The notes beneath the pieces are model-generated. The model had not been told where the DNA came from and ran no database searches. It saw only the letters and a list, made by a program, of their open reading frames with translations. The position numbers and the translations under genes are program-made. A DNA stretch of 64,000 nucleotides, from the IMG/VR virus record IMGVR_UViG_3300020381_000001; one strand, 5' to 3'. Every line of letters starts with the position of its first letter. The first letter of the stretch is position 1. Source of the stretch: an uncultured virus (IMG/VR IMGVR_UViG_3300020381_000001) (Duplodnaviria; Heunggongvirae; Uroviricota; Caudoviricetes). This document shows, in pieces, positions 34,959 through 46,900 of the stretch.

Positions 34959-37900
34959 TACAAACAGGTATTGTAAGTAAAGTAAAAATACAAGATGTCA
35001 TATCTAACCAACTTCCTAATTTTATTAGGGATGAAAGTCCTCTGACGGTTGATTTTTTAAAACAATATTATACTTCTCAAGAATATCAAGGTGGTCCTAC
35101 TGACATATCTGATAATTTAGATCAATATTTAAATATTCAAAATTTAACTCCTGAAGTAATAGTAGATAGTGCAAAATTATCAGTTGGAATTGCAACTACA
35201 ACAACCGAAATTGTTGTTTCATCTACAAAAGGATTTCCTAATCAATATGGATTATTTAAAATTGATGATGAAATTATTACATATACTGGTATAACTACAA
35301 ATAAATTTACTGGATGTATTCGTGGATTTAGTGGTATTACAAGTTATAGTTCAGATTCGAGCAATGAAGATTTGTTGTTTAGCACTTCAGTATCAGCAGA
35401 TCATGGAATATCTTCAAATGTTCAAAATCTTAGTTCTTTATTTTTAAAGCAATTTTATAAAAAATTCAAAAAAACATTTTTACCTGGATTAGAGGAAACA
35501 GAATTTCAAACAGATTTGGATGTTGGTACATTTATAGGTGAAGCAAGGTCATTATATCAAACAAAAGGAACTGAAGAATCATTTAGAATATTATTTAATG
35601 TTTTATATGGAATAACACCTACAATTCTGAATTTAGAGGACAGGTTAATAAAACCATCATTTGCAAATTATGTTAGAAGAAGAGTTTGTGTAGCAGAATT
35701 AATAGAAGGTGATCCAATACAACTTAAAGGACAGTCTTTACTTAAAGGTTTAACTGGGCAGACACTCTTTAGAAGTGATCTTGATATCAATATTAATGCA
35801 TCAATATCTGAAATTGAACCTTTTGAGAGAATAGATTCTGGATTGAGTGGAATAACAACTTATTACAAAATTGGACTATTCGTTGGATATGATGAAAGTT
35901 CTGATGTAGCAGGTGATTTTGTGGTTGTCCCAAATACAAAGTCTATAGAAAATGTATCAGTTGGATCTAGTGTAATAACAGTTGATTCTACAATAGGATT
36001 TGGAGTAACAGGAACAGTTATATCTGGTGTGAATACAATAACTTATACCGATAAAACAATAAATCAATTTTTAAATTGTACAGGAGTTACTAGTCCTATA
36101 TCTCCCATTCAGGATATTAGATCAAATGTAACATATTTTGGATTTGAAGATGGAGATTTGGATAAAAAAGTAGTATTAAGATTAACAGGAGTATTATCCG
36201 AATTTGAACAAGAAGGTGATGTTGATGTGGAAGAAGGTGAGATAATTTCTGTAAAGAGTATTGGTGATAAAGTAGAGAATCCTACTACAGATAAAACATA
36301 TAAGCAAAAATTTTGCAATTCATGGATTTATAATACCAGTGTATCATATTTTATAGATCGTATAGAATCTGGGACAATTTACTTATCAAGTAAAATTGAT
36401 AGATCAAGTTTAAAATTGGGTGATTTTGTTGAAATAGTTGATAGGGATTCAAACCGAGTATTGTTTCCTCCAAATTCTAATATATCTCCAGCTATTGTAA
36501 ATCAGATAACTGAGGATGATAATTCCATTACTTTAGATCAAATTAGTTTTACTTTTGAGGAAGGTGCATCTTATAAAATAAGAAAAAAAATAAACAAAGC
36601 TAGAAGTTCGGGAGCACCACTTGAATTTGGTAATGATGTAATAACATCTGATATTCAAAATGTTTATATTGAAGATGAAACTTCATATGTGACATCAAAT
36701 TCTTTACCTTCTTTTGTTAATGGTACATCTGAATTTTCAAAAGAAATAAATGCAAATATTAAAGATATTTCTCTAAATTTATCAAGTTCTAATGGAGGAA
36801 GTCTTTCTGGAGATACTACAGATCAACTTGATTTTACTATAATAAATTTTGCAAATGAAGTTCCTTTTAGAACTGGAGATAAAGTTTTTTATACTTATTC
36901 TAATGGTGATTCTCTTGTAGGATTAAACACTGGATCTTATTTTGTTGATGTTGTAGGTGAAAAAAGTATAAGTTTATATGGTTCACCTTCAGGTATTGAT
37001 GATGGAAAGAATATAACTTTTTCAAAAAGTTTAAATGATGGAATTCATAATTTTATTTTATTTTCTCAAAAATCTAGAGTAATTGGTGCACAAAAATTAA
37101 TTAAAAAGTTTCCATTAGAACAAAATATATCTAATGGGGATAATGAATTAACACCTGTTGGTCAAACTGGAATGTTGATTAACGGTGTTGAAATATCTAA
37201 TTATAAATCAAATGATAAAATATTTTTTGGACCTTTAAATAAAGTTCAAGTTTTAAGTGGTGGAGATGGTTTTGATATAATTAATTTACCTAATATATCA
37301 ATATCATCTGGAATTGGATCAACAGCTTTGGTTCAACCAGTTGTAAGTGGTAAAGTTATAGATGTATTTGTTGATCCTCAAAATTTTGATATTGATAATG
37401 TTATTTCTATTGGTGTAACTGGTGGAAATGGAACTGGATGTGTATTAGAACCAGTTATAGGAGACAGATTTAGAGAAGAGTTCTTTGATTCAAGACCTAC
37501 TACATCTGGTGGAGGAATAAACACTACCACTGTAGGTAGTCCAGATTCGAGAATAACTTTTAAAAATGATCATAATTTTATACAAGGTGAACCTATAGTA
37601 TATGATTCTAATTTTAATAAAGGAATCGGAGTTGGAATAGGAACCTCAGTTTTAGTTAATCAGTCAGTTTACTATCCAAAAGTTATTAATAGTATAACAA
37701 TAGAATTATATGAAACAGTTTCTGATTTAAATGCAGGAATTGGAACAATTAATTTCAATGGTAGTAATGCTAATGGAGATCACATATTTAAAGTAGGGCC
37801 TAGAAAAACTATTTTAGACGTTAAAGTCATAGATGGTGGTAGTGGATATACTAATAGAAAATTATCGGTTAAGCCAACTGGAATTTCTACAACAAGTAAT

Positions 37901-40900
37901 TTAATAAAATTTGTAAATCATGGATTTGAAGATGGTGATTTAGTTGAATATAGTGGAAATATTTCTGGACTCAATACAAATAACAGTTACTATGTATTGT
38001 TCAAAGATGATAATTCATTTGGTTTAAGTGATGCTGGAATAGGAGCTACTGTTATTTCAAATTATGAAAGAAGAAAAGAAGTCATATTAAGTTCACAAGG
38101 ATCAGGATTTCAAGAATTTAAGTTTTCTGATATAAAAGTTTTTGCGGAATTTAGTACAATTGGTGCAGGATTGACACCATCTATTAATTTTACTCCAATA
38201 GTTAGAGGAACTATAGAACAAACTTATCTTTATGAAGAAGGTACAGGATATGGTTCAACAGTTATTAATAATCATAAAAAACCAATCATAACATTAAAAA
38301 ATGGAAAAAATGCTTCTTTTAAACCGACTGTAATAAACGGAAGAATATCTGGTATCGTAACTTCATTTATTGGACAAGAATATTTCTCTACCCCCGATCT
38401 TGATGTAATAGATCCTACAGGTAAAGGTGCAGGTGCCAAATTAAGACCAATTATAGTAAATAATCAAATTACTAGTGTGATTATTGTAAATGCTGGAATT
38501 GGTTATTCTACAGATACATCAATTAATGTTAAATCTGCAGGCCAAAATGCATTTTTTGATTCTGAGGTAAGATCGTTAACAGTTAACAAACATAGTGTTC
38601 TGGATAATTATCAACTTTTAGAAGATTCTGAAAATAAATTAAAATATTCTTTTACTGGATATGATGTTACAGTATTCAATGAAAATAATACCATCCCATC
38701 ATCATTAATAGGTTGGGCTTATGATGGAAATCCAATATATGGTCCTTTTGCATATGAAAATCCTGAAGATAATACTAGTAATTCAGGTACAGTTAAAAAA
38801 TTAGTATCAAGTTATGTTGAAGATATCACTAATGTAATTGATAGACCATCTGGATTTACTGGTGGTTTCTTTATTGAGGATTACAAATTTGATAGTTCTG
38901 TTGGTGATTTGGACGAACATAATGGTAGATTTGAGAAAACACAAGAGTTTCCAAATGGTGTTTACGTGTATCACGCAACAGTTGGTAATTTAAACGTTCC
39001 AACATTTCCTTACTTTCTAGGTAATTCTTATAGATCTAAATCTATAGAATATAATTTAGAAAACAACTTACAAACTAATTTTGACTTTAATTCAAATAAT
39101 TTAATTAGAAATACTTTCCCATATAAAGTTGCGGATGATTTTGCTAATAACGATTTTATTGTAGAAACGAATGAAATACAAAATCAAAAAATAGAAATAA
39201 CATCAGTTTCTTCTGGTTCTGTAACAGGGGTTAATGTAGTTTCTGGAGGATCAGACTATAAAGTAAATGAATTTTTAAACTTTAATAATGATGGTTCAGG
39301 AGGTAGTGGATTAATATCAATAATTTCTAAGGTAGATGGTAAATCTATTTCAACAGTTACTACTGAAGTTGGTATAAACACTAATGCAGTTATTACATGG
39401 TCAGAGAATAAAATAAACTTTTTCACGGATATTAATCATAATTTTAAAAATAATGATGAAGTTAAAATATCAGGATTATCAACAGATATATCACAATTAA
39501 ATAATTCATTTACAATAGGTGTATCCACATTTACTTCAACTACAATTTCTACAATTACAGGATCACCATCAGCTGGTTTTACAACTGAAATATTTGTTTC
39601 TAATATACCAGATTCAGTTTCAGTTGGTAGTAGTATAGGAATTGGGACTGAAACATTAAAAATATTAAACATCTATAAAGATATAAATGTTCTAACCATT
39701 CAAAGAGACGCATCTTCTCCTTATGGAACTACTCACCCATCAGGGACTGACGTAATATATTTACCAAAAAGTTTTTCAATTAACAAATCATTACCATATT
39801 TTGAATCTAATTTAAATGAAAAAGTATTTTTTAACCCATCACAAACAGTTGGATTGGGGACTGATGATGGGTCTGAAAATACTCTATCATTCTTTTTTGG
39901 TAATCAAAACATTATAAGAAACGTTCCCGTAAAACAAATTTATATTGAAAATCATCCTTTCAAAACAAATCAAAGAATTAAATTTACAACACCGACTGGA
40001 GCTGGTGGTGAAAATATACCAATATCTAAAGATAATGGCATTTCCCAATTTAATTTACCAGAAACACTATATGTTGTTAATAAAAATATAAATTCTATTG
40101 GAATTAAAACTGAAATTAATTCTAGTGAAATACATTTTATGTCTGTACCAACTATTGCTGAAGGTTTGCGTGATAGATATCTATTTGAAACAGTTTTTAG
40201 TGAAGTAACCTCAAAAGTTGAAAGAATAAAAACAACTATAAACACAATAGAATCTCATGAATTAGAAAATGATGATCAAATATCATTAACACTTCAATCT
40301 AATTTATCAGTAGGAATTGGAACATCAACTTCAATAAAAGTTTCAAGAGATTCTTTGACAGGAAACATTTTATTTGATCCTATAAATTTCAATTCTTCAG
40401 GAATTAATACTTTAACCAATTCAATTAATATTGCAAATCATGGTTTAAAAATTGGTGATAAAATTAAATATAATTCCAATATTTTACCAGAGGGATTAGA
40501 TAATAAAAATTATTTTGTATACAAAGTTGATGATGATAATATAAAATTATGTGAGACTAAATTAGATGTTAAAAAAGATATTCCAAATGTAACTGGTATA
40601 GGATCTACAGGAGGAACATCACAATCCATATCCCTAATTAATCCAAGAGTAGAAGTAGTTAAGAATAATAATTTAATTTTTGACCTTTCAGATTCTTCAT
40701 TATCTGGATATAATTTTAAAATATATTATGATCAAGAATTTAGAAATGATTTCATATCTGTTGGTGTATCTACAATATTCAGTATTTCTACATCTGGATC
40801 AAATGGTTCAGTAGGATCTGCCTTGACAATAGGATATGGTAGTAGTATACCAAATGAATTATTTTATAATTTAGAAAAATCAGGAGCAATCAGTACTACT

Positions 40901-43900
40901 GATACTGATGTAAAAGATTACTCTAAGATATCTTTTGTTGATAGTCTTTATAATGAAACTTTCAAAATTAATAAAATTGATAATACCAGTTTTAGTGTTT
41001 TTCTGAAAGATATTCCAGAAAAATTATCTTACAATTCTACAGATTGTGATGTATTAAAATATAATACTAGTTCAAAAACAGCAAAAGGTCCGATCAATAC
41101 CATTAATATTATTTCTGGTGGATCAAATTATAAGAAAATTCCTAATTTCATTGGAGTCGGAGGAAGTTCTCTTGGAAAGGATTCTATCATAATTCCGTTA
41201 TCTAATACAATTGGAAACATTGAACAAGTCAGAATAATAAATGAAGGTTTTGAATATTCATCAGATAAAACTTTAGAACCTGAAAGTCTCATAGCAGATA
41301 CTGTAAGCATAGTTAATACAAATACTTTAGGAATTGTTAGTGTTACTAAAGGTGGATCTAATTTTATAGAAACACCTAATATCATAGTTGTTGACACCGA
41401 TACGGGTAAAGAAATAGATAGTGGATTTTTAGAACTTTCCATGTTAGAAAATAGTATTTCATCTGTAAATATTATTGAAAGACCTGTTGGGTTACCATCA
41501 AAAACAATAACATTAAGAACAACTAATAATAATAATGGTATTGTTATTACTGATGTAATATCTAATGGAACAGGAATTTTTACATGTAGAATAGCTACAC
41601 CTAATCCAGTATTTCCTATAAACCCATTTGCTTCAGGTGATAAGGTTTTCATTGAAGGTATTGAAAAAGTTAGTGTTGGTGGATCAGGATTTAACTCTAG
41701 TGATTATGGGTTTAATTTATTAAACGTTTCAGGATATGACCCTAACGTTAGTGCACAAGGACAAGTTACAATTGATGTAAGCACTCTTACTTCAAATACT
41801 GGTATAGCAAAAACAGTTGTAGAAACATTTGCAAATGTAATTAATGAATCAGATTATCCTACTTTCTTTATAACTCAAAATCAATCTTTATTTGATGATG
41901 GTGAAAAATTAATCATAAATGGTAGTAAAACTGATTCTGAAGTTGTAAAAAATGATACTGGTACATTAAAAATTTTTGGAACTAAAAAATTAAAAATTGG
42001 TGATATTTTAATTGGTCAAAATTCTGGGAGTCAAGCAGAAATATCAAACATAAAGAAAAACAAAGGAAGATTAAAAACTGATTTTTCTATACTAAAAAAT
42101 CTTGATTGGAATACTGATATAGGAAAATTGAGTGAAGATTTTCAGGTAATGCCAGATAATGATTATTATCAAAATATGTCATACTCTATTCAAAGTCCAA
42201 TTGAATGGAAGAATTTAAGAACAACAGTAAATAATTTACTTCATACAAGTGGCATGAAGAATTTTGCTGATACTGGTATAACTTCGACTACTAATGCTGG
42301 AATAGGATCAACTAGTTCTGTTAATATTATTGTAGATTTATTTGATGAAAAAAGAGTAGATGAAATAAAAAATATAGATCTTGCAAGAGATGTTGATATT
42401 GTTGGTGAAGCTAGTAGATTTATAAAATTTAAAGAATTAAGATTATCAGATTTCGTTGATTGCAAAACAAATGATGTTTTAGTGATAGATAATATTTCTG
42501 ATGAATTTTCAAATTTACAGGGAACTCCTGATTCTTTCTTAGATTTATTTGAATTTTCAAACTCTACTATTAGTGAATTATTTAATGATCTTACTATAGT
42601 TACTAAAAGTGTTTCTAAAATAAACAAAATTCAAATATCCAATTTACTTTTATTAAGTAATGGAGATAAAAATATATTAGTTCAGAAATCTAATTTAATA
42701 AATTCTGGAAATGGAGTTAACACTATAGATGATAATTTTGTTGATTTTATCCTTAATGAAGATGAATCAACCTCTTCATCTAAAAATACTTTAAGATTTA
42801 TACCAAAAACAAGTCCAATACCAGAAAATGAAGTTGATTATGATTTAAAAATATTTTCATCTCAATTTAATACATCATCAACTGGAGTAGGAACTACTAC
42901 TATAGGACCAATTAATTTAAATTCATTTGTTCAATCTTGCCCTGCAGGAATAACAACTAATATTATTAGTGTTCCAGTTAATGAATTTGAATCTCTATAT
43001 GCAACAATACATGTAATTGATGATGTCACTAAAGAAATGAATTTAGTTGAAAGTTTTGTATCTCATGCAGGTACAGATACTTTCTTTACTGAAGCATATT
43101 TCAATACTCAAAGGAATGAATTATCTACAAATAAATTGGGTATTGTGACATCAAATATATCAGGTAATAATTTAATACTCAGTTATCAAAATGATGAATC
43201 AAATACTTTAAAATTAAAGACAAAGGTAATAGGAATTGGAACAACTGGTGTTTCTGCCGAAACTTACAGATTTAAATCCATTGATCAAACTGATGGAAGC
43301 GAGAGAACTTCTTTATATACAGGAATATCATCAAGTAATGTTGGAGTATCCACTTTACTTAATTTAAATTCTGCTCTTTTCAATAGTGTAAAATCAGTTG
43401 TAGAGGTTAGTATAGGATCTTCTAAAGCTATTCATGAAGTTTTATTCCTTCACGATGGAACAGATGCTTATGCACAGCAGTCTGGATCACTATCCGTTAC
43501 AAAAGATTATATATCAGAATATGATCCTTCTTCTGGGTTGGGAACTTTTGGTGCTACTCTTTCTGGATCTAACTTTAAACTTGAGTTTCATCCTGATAAT
43601 TCAACAGGAATATCAACAGTGGTTTCATTAAATCATTGTTTTTATACAAAGATGGATACAGATAATACTCCAGAAGATCACACATACGGTGTAATAACTG
43701 AAAGTAATTCTGTTAAATTATATAATTCTATTTCTGGAAATAGAATAGAGAAAACACAATTTACACCAAAAGTTAATTCTATACCAATTTTCGGAAAAGT
43801 TTTTAATCCCAATTCAGTTGGTTTAAATTCAGTAACTGGTCAGTTTTCAATAAACAATCATTTCTTTAGAGAGAATGAAGAATTAATATACAAACCAAAT

Positions 43901-46900
43901 AGTTCAATTGTTGGTCTTGGATCAACACCAATGCAATTTGAAATTAAATCTGGTGGAATATCAACAATCAGTCAATTGCCAACAACTGTATTTGCTAGAG
44001 ATGTCACTACCAATTCATTCTTTATATCGACCACAAGATCTGGTGCTGCAGTTTCCTTCTCAAGTTTGGGTGAAGGAAATATTCATGAGTTTAGTATGGC
44101 AAAAGCAGATGAAAAACTTTTAATTTCACTTGATGAGGTAGGACAATATCCTTTAATAAGAAGTGATGTCACTCATACTTTAAGTCATAATTTATCAGGA
44201 TCTGTTGGTACAACTACTAGTATAATTCACCTAAGTGGAATATCTACTTTAACATCAAGTGATATTTTAAAAATAGATGATGAATTTGTAGAAATTACAA
44301 ATGTTGGATTTGCAACAACTGGTGGAGGTCCTGTTGGATCTTCGGGAACATTTAATACAGTTGAGGTTACAAGATCTTTCGTTGGAAGTTCAGCAGCCAC
44401 ACACTCTGATGGAACAACAGTTACTGTGTTTAGAGGATCTTACAATGTTACTGGAAGAGATTTATTCTTCACTAAACCTCCAAGAGGTGATCTTTCTAAT
44501 TCAAAAACTATAAATGATCTAAATCCACCTAAAACTAAATTCTCTGGAAGAGTTTACTTAAGGAATAACTATGATACAAATGCAATTTTTGATGATGTAT
44601 CAGATCAGTTTACAGGAATAAAATCTGATTTTACTTTGAAAGTTGGTGGTGCAAATACAATTGGAATAGGAACTACTGGTGGTAGTGGAATATTATTTGT
44701 TAATGGAGTTTTCCAATCACCATCGACGCAATTTAATCCCAATAAGAATTTTAAAATAATAGAAAGTGGTAGTGGTGCTACTGGTGTAACAACAGTTGTA
44801 TTTACTGGAATTACATCTAGTGATGGATCTATATTTACTTCTAATAATATTAATACGAATGAATTACCTAGAGGTGGTGTTCCTGTTTCTATAGGTAATA
44901 CAATTAATGGATTAGGATATGCTCCTTTAGTAGGTTCAAGAGTTAAAGCACTTACTAGTGCTGGTGGAACAATAACAAGTATTGTAGGTACATCTTACAG
45001 TGGAGGTAACTTAGGAGTTCAGACTGCTACTTATGATAATGTAACTGGAATCATGACAATTAGAACTGTCAATGAGCATAAATTTATAAATTCAAATGAT
45101 TTTGCAATACTTCAAGGTTTTGTATTCTCTCCTAGTCTTACTTTGAGGAGTTATGAGTATGAAGTAGTTTCAATAGCATCAACAAATGTTTTTGGTGTAA
45201 GAGTTGGAACACAACCAACATCTTTCAATTATCAAGGTTCTGGAAATGTATATCCATTCTTTACTAATTTGAGTTTTGGATCTGGATATAATGATGTAGT
45301 ATCAATTGGAGTAACAGTAATAGATGTAGGATATGATCATCGTTTCGTATCTGCGAATACAAATGCCATTTCAGGTAATTTAACACCTATAGATGCTTCT
45401 TACAATCCAGTTACAGGAGTATTGAAATTAACAGTTCCTAATCATGGATTAACTAATTCGAGTAATGTTACAATTGAAACTGGTAGTATATCATTCTCTT
45501 GTTCGAAAGATAATTTCCAAACTGTACATCCATATCCAAGATCTACAGATCCAGTAGCTGGTATCAGCACAGCAGTTACAAAATTATCTGATGATATATT
45601 CAGTGTCAATGTTGGAGTGAATGTTGGTAGTGGTGCAACTATAACTGCTTCAGTTGGTGCAGGTGGAACATTGGCATATACACTTGTAGGTGGTGGTAAG
45701 AGTTATAAAGATCCTAAAATAATTGTTTCACAACCATCATATTCTAATTTGTCTGTCACTGGTGTATCAAGACTTGGATTTGGAGCAACTACAGATACAG
45801 GAACTAATTTAAAAATTAATGCTATTCCAAAAGCATCTGTGGGAATTGGATCGACTTTATTTGAAATATCAGAATATGAAATTGTGAATAGAGGATTTGG
45901 ATTTAAAAAAGGTGATGTTGTAGAGGCTGTTGGATTAGTGACAGCTAAAGGTGTAGGTCAACTTGTTGAAAGATCAACTTTATCTATAGATAAAGTATAT
46001 AATGATTCCTTTGCTTTATGGCAATTTGGTGATTTTGACTATATTGATTCTATTAAAAGTCTTCAAAATGGATCTGAAACTAATTTTTCATTAGTATTAA
46101 ATAACCAACTTGTAAGTTTTGAACTCAATCCTAATAGTATTTCTAATAGTGTTAAACTTGAGAATCTATTCTTAATTATTGTAAATGGAGTTGTTCAAGA
46201 TCCACAAACATCATACACAATAGTTGGTGGAAATATAATTAGTTTTTCAGAACCACCAATTCCAGAGGATGATATATCAATATTGTTCTATAAAGGAACT
46301 ACAAATGATGATTCTATTGTAAATCTTGCACAAAAAACAACTGTGGAAGTGGGAGATGAAGTTCAATTATCTCAGGGAAATGGAATAAAAGCTCAAGATC
46401 CAAGAACAGTATTTAATTTAAATACATCACAAAAATTAGAAACAAATGCTTATCGTGGTGTTGGTATAAGTTCAAGTGTGGATAGATCAATTAATTTAAT
46501 AAAGCAGAAAGAAGATAAAATAATCAATAAAACTATTGTTTCTAAAAAAAGACAGAGTATAGAACCAAGAATTACACCGACTGCGAAAATTATTAGTGAT
46601 ATCACAACAACTGATTCAGTTTTATTTGTTGATAGTATGGATTTATTTGATTATGAGACAGGAACTACGTCTCTAGGATTATCAATTAACTCAGAAGAAC
46701 CTATAGTTGGAGCAGCAGTGACAGCAATAATTAATAATTCAGGTCAAGTATCTGCAATAACAATTATAAATGGTGGTTCAGGTTATGTACAAGGTAGCAA
46801 TCCTGTAATTAAATTCACTGCACCATCTGGAATTGGATTCACTGCAGTTGGAGGAACACTTGTTGGTGCCAGTGGAACAATTGGTTTTGCTTCAATAACC

